A stretch of 45,058 nt of DNA from an uncultured Spirochaetaceae bacterium (GCA_964552905.1 CAZKIT010000001.1:1-45058), one strand, 5' to 3'. Positions 23,541 through 32,353 are shown, counted from the first letter of the stretch. Notes: generated by a model from the sequence alone, not told the origin. Translations and numbers: made by a program.

Positions 23541-24224
23541 ATGGACAAGTTCGATTATTCAGACTTCGAAAAGTCGGTTCACAGAAGCGGTATCATAATG
23601 AATTCGATAGGCCTGGGACTCCTGTTTGCCGTTCCCTTCATCTTCTCGGCAATCCTCAGAACGAGCATCAGCTGGTCGGGATGGGCAAAGGGCCTCCTGC
23701 GTGTCGGCGTGACATATCTTCCGATATGCATCGTGGAGTTCCTGATCTACGTCCCGATTCTCGGAGCGGGTGCATCATATCTCTCGTTCATCACGGGTAA
23801 CATCATCAACATGAAGCTCCCGTGTGCGTACTCTGCACGTGAAATCGCTGGAACGAGTGCCGGAACGAAGGAAGACAGCGTAATCACGACGCTCTCCGTC
23901 GCGACATCCTCGCTTGTGACGATGCTCGTCATCTTCATCGGCGTCCTTCTTCTGATTCCTCTCACTCCGGTATTGCAGAATCCGACACTGAAGCCGGCAT
24001 TCGACAATCTCCTTCCGGCCCTCTTCGGAGCCCTGGGATGCCAGTACTTCTCGAAGAGCTGGAAGCTCACCGCCGTTCCGGTGCTCTTCATGACGGCGCT
24101 CTGCATATTCGTTCCGTCTCTCATCAGCCAGACAACAGTCATGATGATAGTAATCGGGGCGATGAGTATCGCAATCAGCTTCTTCATGTATAAGAAGGGA
24201 ATGCTCGAGGAGAAGAAGAAATGA
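23541..24224 (+). CDS. Polytopic membrane protein (about 6-7 TM), family not assigned
   Basis: 227 aa. AGGAGG lies 4 nt upstream of the ATG. Hydrophobic segments GIIMNSIGLGLLFAVPFIFSAIL, VTMLVIFIGVLLLIPL and TVMMIVIGAMSIAISFFMY. Confidence 0.7.
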   Translation: MDKFDYSDFEKSVHRSGIIMNSIGLGLLFAVPFIFSAILRTSISWSGWAKGLLRVGVTYLPICIVEFLIYVPILGAGASYLSFITGNIINMKLPCAYSAREIAGTSAGTKEDSVITTLSVATSSLVTMLVIFIGVLLLIPLTPVLQNPTLKPAFDNLLPALFGALGCQYFSKSWKLTAVPVLFMTALCIFVPSLISQTTVMMIVIGAMSIAISFFMYKKGMLEEKKK

Positions 24225-25534
24225 AGGACGAAATGATCTACGCTGAAAAGCTCTCAAAGATGATCAGGGTCGAAACGATCTCTGAAGCGGGAAATCCGAA
24301 TACGGAGAAGTTCGATAAGCTGCATGAAGTGATGAAGGAAAATTTCCCCCTCATCTTCTCCCGTCTCGATGTGAAGTACATCGACTCATCTCTCCTCATC
24401 AAGTGGACAGGAGAAGGAAAGAGAGACCCCATCCTCTTCATGAGCCATCAGGATGTGGTTCCGGCATCCGGCGAATGGAAGGAGCCTCCCTTCAGCGGGG
24501 CTGTAAAGGACGGCAGGGTCTGGGGACGCGGAACGGTCGACACCAAGGGCTCGCTCTTCTGCTTCATGGAGGCCGTGGAAGAGCTTCTTGAAGAGAACTA
24601 TAAGCCGTCAGGGGATGTCTATCTTGCCTCATCTTCGACTGAGGAGGTACGCGGAAGCGGTGCTCCGAAAACAGTGGAATATCTGAAGAGCCAAGGCGTG
24701 AAGCTTCTCTTCCTCATGGACGAAGGCGGCATGATAGTGGACGAGCCCATGAACGGTGTAAAGGGACGTTTTGCAATGATAGGCACAGTCGAAAAGGGAA
24801 CGGGTAACATCGTCGTCAGTGCAAAATCCAACGGCGGCCATGCATCGGCGCCCGGGAAGAACACACCGCTTGCGCGTCTTGCCGCATTCATCTGTGACAT
24901 CGAAAAGAAGAATCCCAACATAATCGAGTTCAGCCCCACCCTACTCGAAATGTTCAGAAGACTGGGAAAGAAGACGGACGGGGTACTGGGCTTTGCAATG
25001 AGACACGCAAACTCTCTCAAGCCGGTTCTGGCGAAGCTGCTTCCCGCGATAAGTCCGAAGGCTGCAGCGATGATACGTACCACGATGGCCTTCACGATGT
25101 GCGGAGGAGCCGACGCGAGGAATGTCATTCCGGAGAAGGCGTGGGTCAACATCAACACACGCTTCATCCAGCACCAGGGTGTGGAGAAGACAAAGGAAAT
25201 CCTCGCACCTTATCTCGAGAAGTACAATCTCGAAGCCGACTACTCCGACTGCAGCGAACCGCAGAAGGCGGTGGACTTCAATGCTCCCCCCTTCCGCCTC
25301 ATCGAGGAGACAGTCAGGGAAGTCTATCCCGACGTTATCCCGTCGCCGTACATCATGACTGGCGGCACGGATGCCTACTTCTACTCGGAGCTGACGGACA
25401 ACGCACTGCGCTTTGCACCCCTCTACATCGACAGACAGCAGCTCGAGTCGATCCATGCTATAGACGAGAACATGTACATCTCGTCACTTCCGAAGGGCGT
25501 TGAGTTCTACATGACTGTCATCAGGAAGGCATGA
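24221..25534 (+). CDS. M20-family metallopeptidase / amidohydrolase
   Basis: 437 aa. ILFMSHQDVVPA..GEW..PPFSG..KDGRVWGRGTVDTKG is the M20 metal/catalytic block. ATGA overlap with the upstream membrane-protein gene. Confidence 0.85.
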   Translation: MKDEMIYAEKLSKMIRVETISEAGNPNTEKFDKLHEVMKENFPLIFSRLDVKYIDSSLLIKWTGEGKRDPILFMSHQDVVPASGEWKEPPFSGAVKDGRVWGRGTVDTKGSLFCFMEAVEELLEENYKPSGDVYLASSSTEEVRGSGAPKTVEYLKSQGVKLLFLMDEGGMIVDEPMNGVKGRFAMIGTVEKGTGNIVVSAKSNGGHASAPGKNTPLARLAAFICDIEKKNPNIIEFSPTLLEMFRRLGKKTDGVLGFAMRHANSLKPVLAKLLPAISPKAAAMIRTTMAFTMCGGADARNVIPEKAWVNINTRFIQHQGVEKTKEILAPYLEKYNLEADYSDCSEPQKAVDFNAPPFRLIEETVREVYPDVIPSPYIMTGGTDAYFYSELTDNALRFAPLYIDRQQLESIHAIDENMYISSLPKGVEFYMTVIRKA

Positions 25535-25553
25535 GAGGGAGGAACATCGTGTA

Positions 25554-25580
25554 AAAGAGCCGGCTTGAAACCGGCTCTTT
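25554..25580. terminator. Bidirectional intrinsic terminator between the M20 gene and asnA
   Basis: Perfect 10-bp stem AAAGAGCCGG (25554-25563) / CCGGCTCTTT (25571-25580) with a 7-nt loop. The stem ends supply A/T runs on both strands. Confidence 0.8.
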
Positions 25581-25599
25581 CCTGTCATCTCCAGACAAA

Positions 25600-26631
25600 T
25601 CAGAAGAGATGAGTATTGTGCTCTTTCGCCTCCTCGTATACTTCTTCCGGCCAGACCGAAGCCTGGACTTCTCCGATGTGTGCCTTCTGGAGAAGGAACA
25701 TGCAGAGTCTCGACTGCCCGATACCGCCGCCGATTGTCTGGGGAAATTCTCCGTTAAGAAGACGCTTATGCCAGTAGAGCTGTGCTCTTTCCTCGGTCTT
25801 CCTGATCTTGAGCTGGCGCATGAGTGCCTCTTCGTCGACTCTTATTCCCATACTGGAGAGTTCGAGGCTGCTCGATCGCACCCTGTCCCATACGATGATG
25901 TCACCATTGAGACCGTGAAAACCTTCTTCAGTCTCCGTTGACCAGTCATCGTAGTCGGGAGCACGACCCGAGTGCGGCGGGTTCCCGTATCCGATTCCGA
26001 TAAGGAAGATTGCACCGTACTTTCTTGCCGCCTCTCTCTCCCTCTCCTCGGAGGTGAGGTCGGGGTATTCTTCCTTCAGTGTCTCGCTGTGAACGAATGT
26101 TATCTCCTCGGGAAGATAGTCTCTGAGTTCGGGATAGAGTTCCTCAACCGTGAAGGCTGTTCTCTTGAGCGCCCCGTAAATTGTCCTTACGGTCTCCTTG
26201 AGGAAATCGAGATTCCTCTCCCCGTCTTCCATCACCTTCTCCCAGTCCCACTGGTCGACGTAGATGGAATGTATTGCATCGATGTCGTCATCGGGTCTGA
26301 GTGCGTTCATATCCGTATAGAGGCCGAGTCCAGCGGGGTATCTGAGCTCTGCAAGAGCCATTCTCTTCCATTTTGCGAGGGACTGGACGATCTCCATCTT
26401 CTTCTCCCCCATGTTCTTCACCGGAAAAGATACCGGCCTTTCGACGCCGTTGAGGTCGTCGTTTATGCCGCTTCCGCTCTCGACGAAGAGAGGAGAAGTG
26501 ACTCTCCTCAGTCTCAGAGCTGAGCCGAGCTCCTTCTCGAATGTGTCCTTCACCGCCTTGATGGCACGCTCCGTCTCATGAAGGTTCAGAACGGGTGTGT
26601 AGTTTTCAGGAAACTGATTCATGGCTTTCAT
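25600..26631 (-). CDS. asnA: Aspartate--ammonia ligase (asparagine synthetase A)
   Basis: 343 aa, collinear with E. coli AsnA (SLAKWKR, LRPDDD, YVDQWDWEKVM, APDYDDWST, LNGDIIVW, ELSSMGIRVD, GGGIGQSRL). Confidence 0.9.
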   Translation of the reverse strand: MKAMNQFPENYTPVLNLHETERAIKAVKDTFEKELGSALRLRRVTSPLFVESGSGINDDLNGVERPVSFPVKNMGEKKMEIVQSLAKWKRMALAELRYPAGLGLYTDMNALRPDDDIDAIHSIYVDQWDWEKVMEDGERNLDFLKETVRTIYGALKRTAFTVEELYPELRDYLPEEITFVHSETLKEEYPDLTSEEREREAARKYGAIFLIGIGYGNPPHSGRAPDYDDWSTETEEGFHGLNGDIIVWDRVRSSSLELSSMGIRVDEEALMRQLKIRKTEERAQLYWHKRLLNGEFPQTIGGGIGQSRLCMFLLQKAHIGEVQASVWPEEVYEEAKEHNTHLF

Positions 26632-27185
26632 CCTTCCTTATAGTAGATTTGTTTTCTTACCTTTTCCGCCGTCTCCCTGTCAGTGAGAAGCGAAAGCAGT
26701 ACAAGGCCCGTGTCGAATGCCCAGCCTGCGGATTTTCCCGTCACGATATTGCCGCTGACGACAACTCCGTCAGAGGAGAAATCGAAAAGCGGCCAGTAGC
26801 TCTCGCATCCGGGGAATACCGTTGCCTTCCTCCCTTCAAGAAGTCCGAGCGGTCCCAGTACTACAGCAGGAGAGGCGCAGATGGCGCCGACAAGCGAAAG
26901 ATTCTCGTTGGTCTTCGTGACGAGTCTGCACACAAGTGCGCTTTTACGGAGATTCGACGCTCCCGGCATTCCTCCGGGGAGGAAGACAAGGTCGAAGTTC
27001 CTCTCCAGAGTCTTCTCAGTCAGTACCTCGTCCGCAGTTATCTTCACGCCGTGTGCGGACTCGACAGTTCTCTCTCCGACAGAGATAAAAGATGTTTTCA
27101 CTCCTCCGCGGTCGAGAGCGTCAAAGACACACAGCGCCTCGCACTCTTCAAAGCCGGGTGCAAGCAGTATGACAGCTTCCTTCAT
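26628..27185 (-). CDS. DJ-1/PfpI-family protein
   Basis: Start at ATG 27185 (ATGA overlap with the DAHP synthase stop). MKEAVILLAPGFEECEAL..., and the nucleophile-elbow block AICASPAVVL. 185 aa. Confidence 0.85.
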   Translation of the reverse strand: MKEAVILLAPGFEECEALCVFDALDRGGVKTSFISVGERTVESAHGVKITADEVLTEKTLERNFDLVFLPGGMPGASNLRKSALVCRLVTKTNENLSLVGAICASPAVVLGPLGLLEGRKATVFPGCESYWPLFDFSSDGVVVSGNIVTGKSAGWAFDTGLVLLSLLTDRETAEKVRKQIYYKEG

Positions 27186-28261
27186 AATATATCCTCCCCG
27201 CCCCGTCTTTTGCTTTCTCTCAGGATTTCGGCGGCATGTTTCATTATTCTCTCCGTCTCTCCCCAGCCGATGCACTGATCGGTCACGGAGACACCGTATT
27301 TCAGCTGTGACAGATCCGATGGAATCTTCTGGCTCCCCTCTTCGAGGTTGCTCTCGAGCATGAAGCCTTTGATGGAGGTGTTCCCCCATGCCTTCTGGTC
27401 GATGATGGATCTCAGGACCCTCTTCTGTCTCGTATAGTCCTTGTTGGAGTTGGCATGTGAGCAGTCGATGACGATTCTGGGTTCCAGCCCCGCTTTCCTC
27501 ATGTCGTTCTCCGCACTCTCGACATCGTTCTCATGATAGTTCGGGCCGTGTACACCTCCGCGGAGGATTATATGGGTGTACGGATTGCCCTTTGTCATGT
27601 AGCGTGCAATCATTCCGTCGCGCTGGACACCAATGAATGCGGCTCCGGCCATTGCGCTCCGGGCTGCATTGATTGCAGCGCTGTAGTCCCCGGATGTCGA
27701 GTTCTTGAAGCCGACGGGAACGGAGAGTCCGGAGGAGATTGCCCTGTGTGTCTGGCTCTCCGTGGTGCGTGCCCCTATACTGGACCAGCTCATGAGCTCG
27801 TCAGTGTACTGGGGAACGATCGGATCGAGCACCTCACATCCGACAGGAAGTCCGATGCGTGTTATCTCAAGAAGAAGACGACGGCAGATTTCGAGGCCCT
27901 TTTCAATATCATACGACTCGTCCATATACGGATCGGTTATGAGTCCCTTCCAGCCCAGTGCGGTTCTCGGCTTCTCGAAGTAAGTTCGCATTATGACGAA
28001 GAATTCGTCCTCCACCTCTTCGCTGAGCTTCTTGAGCCGCTTTGCATATTCAACTGCCGCATCGGGATCATGAATCGAACAGGGACCCACGATGGCAAGC
28101 ATTCGTGCATCCCTTCCCGTAATTATGTCTATTACTTTCTCTCGGAATGCGCATATCCTCTTTCTGTCCTCTTCAAGGAGTGGAAAGAGAGCTCCGAGTT
28201 CCTCGGGGCTCTTTATGCTCTTTATGTTTTCAATCCGTAAGTCCTGCGTAATGTACTGCAT
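27182..28261 (-). CDS. aroG: 3-deoxy-7-phosphoheptulonate (DAHP) synthase, class I
   Basis: 359 aa. LAIVGPCSIHD, RTYFEKPRT..GWKGLI.DP and IDCSHANS motifs. The isozyme type (F/G/H) is not assignable. Confidence 0.9.
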   Translation of the reverse strand: MQYITQDLRIENIKSIKSPEELGALFPLLEEDRKRICAFREKVIDIITGRDARMLAIVGPCSIHDPDAAVEYAKRLKKLSEEVEDEFFVIMRTYFEKPRTALGWKGLITDPYMDESYDIEKGLEICRRLLLEITRIGLPVGCEVLDPIVPQYTDELMSWSSIGARTTESQTHRAISSGLSVPVGFKNSTSGDYSAAINAARSAMAGAAFIGVQRDGMIARYMTKGNPYTHIILRGGVHGPNYHENDVESAENDMRKAGLEPRIVIDCSHANSNKDYTRQKRVLRSIIDQKAWGNTSIKGFMLESNLEEGSQKIPSDLSQLKYGVSVTDQCIGWGETERIMKHAAEILRESKRRGGEDIL

Positions 28262-28264
28262 ACG

Positions 28265-29563
28265 CTATTTTACAGTAAAAGCGTCCTTCGTGTCTTCCCC
28301 GTTCACGGTTCTGGAAGACTTTCTTCCCTCCGGTTTGATTTCGCCGGCAAGAGTGAGGCTGCGCTTCGTGAGCGTCGGTCCTACAAGTTCGTAGACGAGA
28401 ACAGCGAAGAGAACGACACTCCTTACGACGGCGCCGTCGGAGAGATTGGCTGCCGTAAGCGCCATGCCGAGAGCGACACCGGCCTGCGGAAGCAGTGTGA
28501 TTCCCAGATGCTTCTGGATGTTCTCGCTTGTATGCTCCATTCTGCATGACAGGTATGCACCGCTGATCTTACCCGCACTTCTCGCGAGGATGAAGATTAC
28601 ACCGATGAGGATTACCGTCGGATTCATGAGAATCGAGAGATTGAGCTCCGCTCCGCTGAGGACGAAGAAGAGCATGTTGAGAGGTGCCGTCCACCTTTCG
28701 ACCCTGTCCATGAGTTCGAGGCTCGTCTCGCAGATGTTGCAGAAAACCGTTCCGGTAATCATGAGAACGAGCAGCAGCGAGAAGCGGAGTGTCACCACTC
28801 CTCCGATATTGAACTCCTTGTCGGAGAAGCCGACGAGGAAGAATACGAATGCGACGGCAAGGGCAAGACGCTTACTTCTCGAGTGGAAGAATCTCTCGAG
28901 TATGTTCAACAGCCACCCTGCGAGTGCTCCGAGTACGAACGAGAGTCCGATTTCAAGTACAGGTTCTAAAAGAATCGTGACAATGCTTGCCGTTCCCGTC
29001 TCGAGTGCGGATGCAATACCGAAGGAAACCGAGAAGAGGACAAGGCCGACAGCGTCATCGATGGCGACAACCATTAAAAGGAGCTTCGTGAGAGGTCCCT
29101 CGGCCTTGTACTGTCTGACGACCATCAGCGTTGCGGCGGGAGCAGTTGCAGCTGCAATGGCGCCGAGCGTGATTGCAGACGAAAGCGAGAGAACGGAGGG
29201 CGCGATGAAGTGAAGTGCACAGAGTGCGATGTCGACGACAATCGTCGTAATCACGGCCTGGAGAATACCGACTGTGATTGCCGCGCGTCCCATGCTCTCG
29301 AGATCCTTGAGCCTGAACTCATTGCCGATTGCGAACGCGATGAATCCCAGTGCGGTCTGACTGATGATGTCAAAGGAATTGACAGCTTCAAGGCTGTTGA
29401 ATCCCAGCCCTTCTATTCCGAGTCTGCCGATGAAATACGGCCCGATGAGAAGTCCTGCGACAAGGTAAGCCGTGACAGCAGGAAGATTCACCTTCTTTGC
29501 AAGTCTGCTCATGAGAAGGCCCGCGATCATGGCAAAGGATAGTGTAATAAGAATTGTATCCAT
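28265..29563 (-). CDS. Cation:proton antiporter (CPA2/Kef-type membrane domain)
   Basis: 432 aa. N-terminus LLMSRLAKKVNLPAVTAYLVAGLLIGPYF is typical of Na+/H+-exchanger family proteins. About 12 hydrophobic segments. AGAGG lies before the ATG. Confidence 0.85.
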   Translation of the reverse strand: MDTILITLSFAMIAGLLMSRLAKKVNLPAVTAYLVAGLLIGPYFIGRLGIEGLGFNSLEAVNSFDIISQTALGFIAFAIGNEFRLKDLESMGRAAITVGILQAVITTIVVDIALCALHFIAPSVLSLSSAITLGAIAAATAPAATLMVVRQYKAEGPLTKLLLMVVAIDDAVGLVLFSVSFGIASALETGTASIVTILLEPVLEIGLSFVLGALAGWLLNILERFFHSRSKRLALAVAFVFFLVGFSDKEFNIGGVVTLRFSLLLVLMITGTVFCNICETSLELMDRVERWTAPLNMLFFVLSGAELNLSILMNPTVILIGVIFILARSAGKISGAYLSCRMEHTSENIQKHLGITLLPQAGVALGMALTAANLSDGAVVRSVVLFAVLVYELVGPTLTKRSLTLAGEIKPEGRKSSRTVNGEDTKDAFTVK

Positions 29564-29731
29564 GTTAAACCTCTAATATAAAATACCAATGGAGTATTTT
29601 ATACATTTATTGTTTATGAGCAAGTCAATTACACGACAAATCTTAGGTTTTTCCGTTTATTTTCGCCGTCAGTTTTCCTCTCCTTCCGTTTTTTCTGGTT
29701 TCTGCAGCATTTTTCATCTACACTGATATAC

Positions 29732-30445
29732 ATGACCATCAGAGAAAACATATTTGCAGATTTTGAAGACGCGCTCATCAAAGCGGAAAGCTCTCTTGAA
29801 TTCATAAGCGTAACCGAAGACTCGAAATTCGGTTACAGAAGACTCGAGGTCGACATAACGCATGTCGAAGGAATGGATATCGAAAGCGGATGCTTTTCAA
29901 GAAGGGAACGCTCTTATCTGGAAAAGACCCTTGAATCCATAACGAAATACAGCACCCAATTCAACGCCGACGGGGATGAAGAGAGCTACTACTGTGTGGA
30001 TTACCGCATACTCGACAGACGCGGAAGGGAAATCACCCCCGCCATCAGATACACATACAACTGGTTCGCAGGGGGCTGGGAGAAGGACGAAACACCATCC
30101 AGCCTTGATGAAACGGAAAAATTCAAGACGAGGCTTGCAGATTTCCTTGCAAGAACGATTGCCCTGCAGCTCAGGAGATGTCCGTACAGCCACAGTGAAG
30201 TCTACCATGAGTACAACAGCGATGATAACTGCTACTTCTCGATTAACATCGGACTCGGGGAAGATGAATCCTATTCGGAAAAGGATGTCACTGACATAAT
30301 TAAGACAATTCCGGTTGCAATCGCTGACGAATTTCTCTTCGAAATCTGGGTCGAGAAGGATGGAAAAATCCAGGATGCCGATGATTTCAGATTCAGGTTC
30401 TCCCAAGGCACCTGGGAGAGAATCCACCATGACGACGAAGAGTAG
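29732..30445 (+). CDS. Hypothetical acidic cytoplasmic protein, orphan
   Basis: 237-aa ORF with protein-like composition and no signal peptide or TM segment. No SD before the ATG. Flanked by 168-nt and 176-nt AT-rich spacers. Confidence 0.55.
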   Translation: MTIRENIFADFEDALIKAESSLEFISVTEDSKFGYRRLEVDITHVEGMDIESGCFSRRERSYLEKTLESITKYSTQFNADGDEESYYCVDYRILDRRGREITPAIRYTYNWFAGGWEKDETPSSLDETEKFKTRLADFLARTIALQLRRCPYSHSEVYHEYNSDDNCYFSINIGLGEDESYSEKDVTDIIKTIPVAIADEFLFEIWVEKDGKIQDADDFRFRFSQGTWERIHHDDEE

Positions 30446-30533
30446 AAAAAAATAAAAATAATTCTTTACAACTCAAAGAAAGTCAGTTTATGATTTAGTC
30501 AGATTAAAAGAATTGTTGTTTTCGTAATAGACA

Positions 30534-30585
30534 CAGGGCTGAGGGCAAGGACCCGGGAGGGATTCAATATCAGCTCTGTTTTTTT
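30534..30585 (+). terminator. Plus-strand intrinsic terminator (long-loop hairpin + T7)
   Basis: CAGGGCTGA (30534-30542) pairs with TCAGCTCTG (30570-30578). The one non-Watson-Crick position is G.U only in the plus-strand RNA. Followed by TTTTTTT (30579-30585). Confidence 0.6.
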
Positions 30586-30591
30586 GTGAGT

Positions 30592-30615
30592 GAGAGCCCG
30601 GTATTCCGGGCCCTC
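30592..30615 (-). terminator. Minus-strand hairpin just downstream of the metallophosphoesterase gene (no U-tract)
   Basis: 10-bp stem GAGGGCCCGG/CCGGGCTCTC in the minus-strand RNA. Its single odd pair is G.U there but A.C in the plus-strand RNA. It starts 7 nt after the stop. Confidence 0.4.
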
Positions 30616-30621
30616 ATTAGT

Positions 30622-31572
30622 TCAGTTGCTCTTCGGCAGTCTGAAGGAGAATGTCTTCTCGGCCTTCGCCGTCTTGTAATCGGTTGTATATTTTGCAAGA
30701 TAGCCGCTTATGGTGACGTCTCCGGTTTCTGTGTCCAGGGTGAAGTCGTAGAAGTATCCCGGACTCTCCATATTGAGAACGGCATTTTTCTTCTTGTGAT
30801 ATGCAGCCAGGTTGAGTTCGCCGAGCGTTTCGGAGAAATGATACTCTACGTTTCCTATGTGATTATGTCCGGAAAGTATCAGGCCGACATTGTTCTGGCT
30901 CATTATCCTGTAGAGTCTGTTCGTCTCCGCACTGCTGAGTCCGAAGAGTACGAGCGTGGGGCCCAGGGTGTTTCCAGTCGACACGTTCTCGTGGATGATG
31001 ATCATCCTGTAGAGGGCTGTCTCCTCCTTCAGAGCCTCTTCGAAGTACTCGAATTCCCTGTCGGTGATGCAGTCATATGAATTGTCGAGCTTGTAGATTG
31101 CAAGAAGAGGTCTGCCGTCGGATGTCTTACCGTAGTAGTAGCGGCCCGCAGTCGTGAACATCTCGTCCTCCCCGCTGTCCCACACATCGGAGACCGTATG
31201 ACGGTCATGATTGCCGACGCATGTCGTGAAGAACTTGAGCGTCGTACGCTCCTTCACCTCCTCTGCAAAACTTCTTGCATTCTCGACCATGACACCTGTG
31301 TCAGTAATGTCTCCCAGCGATATTGCAAAAGGATACTTTCTGCTGTCGAGGAAGCTGTAATATTCCTCGTTGTACCATTCACTGTCAGCCCTGTCGAAGT
31401 GGTTGTCGGTCGTGACTGAGAACGAAACGGTTTTATCCATAATCGTCTCCTCGCTTATCCAGTTCTCCTTGAGGAAGGGATTCGTGGTGAACTGGAAAGG
31501 ATTGAAGACCGGAGCGGAACATGATGTAACCATAAGTGCTGCAATGAGCAGAACAAAAAGAATCTTTCTCAT
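30622..31572 (-). CDS. Lipoprotein metallophosphoesterase (calcineurin-like)
   Basis: 316 aa. MRKILFVLLIAALMVTSC lipobox. Motifs TTDNHFD, GDITDTG, GNHD, IIIHEN and SGHNH. ATGA overlap with the upstream gene. Confidence 0.85.
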   Translation of the reverse strand: MRKILFVLLIAALMVTSCSAPVFNPFQFTTNPFLKENWISEETIMDKTVSFSVTTDNHFDRADSEWYNEEYYSFLDSRKYPFAISLGDITDTGVMVENARSFAEEVKERTTLKFFTTCVGNHDRHTVSDVWDSGEDEMFTTAGRYYYGKTSDGRPLLAIYKLDNSYDCITDREFEYFEEALKEETALYRMIIIHENVSTGNTLGPTLVLFGLSSAETNRLYRIMSQNNVGLILSGHNHIGNVEYHFSETLGELNLAAYHKKKNAVLNMESPGYFYDFTLDTETGDVTISGYLAKYTTDYKTAKAEKTFSFRLPKSN

Positions 31573-32225
31573 AATGCCCTCCTGTAACCGGCTCTTGCCC
31601 TTCCCGAGTAGAAGATGCGGTAGGGATCAATCAGCATCTCGCATGATGTGACGGCGACATCGAAAGTGACTGTGTCGACGTCCGTAATATTATAAGCGAA
31701 AGAGAGTCCGAGGGCCTCCTTCGGATTCCACTCTCTCTCATAGCGGTAGTTGTTCTCGAGGAAGAGGCAGATGGAGAATCTCTCTCCCCTGTAGCCCAGT
31801 CTCAGTCTCATCAGCTTCGTAAGCATGAAGAGAGGCTCCCTGGTGTAGAGGGAATACGAAAGATTGGCAGCGGCGCCGAGACCGACGTTGAGGAAGAGTC
31901 CCCACTTCTCGAGATTCACGATGAACATGTAGGAAAGGGAACTGTAGCCGCCTTCCGTGAAGACGAAACGCGACGTGAGGTCCACCTGATGGTTCCAGAT
32001 TCCCTCATCGTAGTTGTACTGTACATAACCCGTGACGGTTCTGTCATACTTGTAGTCAAGATAGAAGGAGAACCTGTCGAGGGTATATGTCACATCCAGA
32101 AACGGCTTGGGGAAGCTGTCCTGTGTGTTGTTGTATGCCGCTCCGGAGCCGACCTCTATACTCTGTGCCGAGTACAGCGATACCGCCGCCAGAAGAAGCA
32201 GAAGAACGAGTAAAGTTTTTTTCAT
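31569..32225 (-). CDS. Signal-peptide protein, predicted small outer-membrane beta-barrel (218 aa)
   Basis: MKKTLLVLLLLLAAVSLYSA signal. Tyr/Gly-rich with alternating pattern. C-terminal ...GRARAGYRRAL. Confidence 0.65.
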   Translation of the reverse strand: MKKTLLVLLLLLAAVSLYSAQSIEVGSGAAYNNTQDSFPKPFLDVTYTLDRFSFYLDYKYDRTVTGYVQYNYDEGIWNHQVDLTSRFVFTEGGYSSLSYMFIVNLEKWGLFLNVGLGAAANLSYSLYTREPLFMLTKLMRLRLGYRGERFSICLFLENNYRYEREWNPKEALGLSFAYNITDVDTVTFDVAVTSCEMLIDPYRIFYSGRARAGYRRAL

Positions 32226-32353
32226 GACTCCATTATCATCACTTGGGAAGAAAAATCACTACAGACGGTGGCGGATTGCCGTTATTTTTTCCTTTTTCCT
32301 CCTTTCCGGGCTAGCTTTCTTCCATGTGCTCATATAACTACAACATCATCTGC

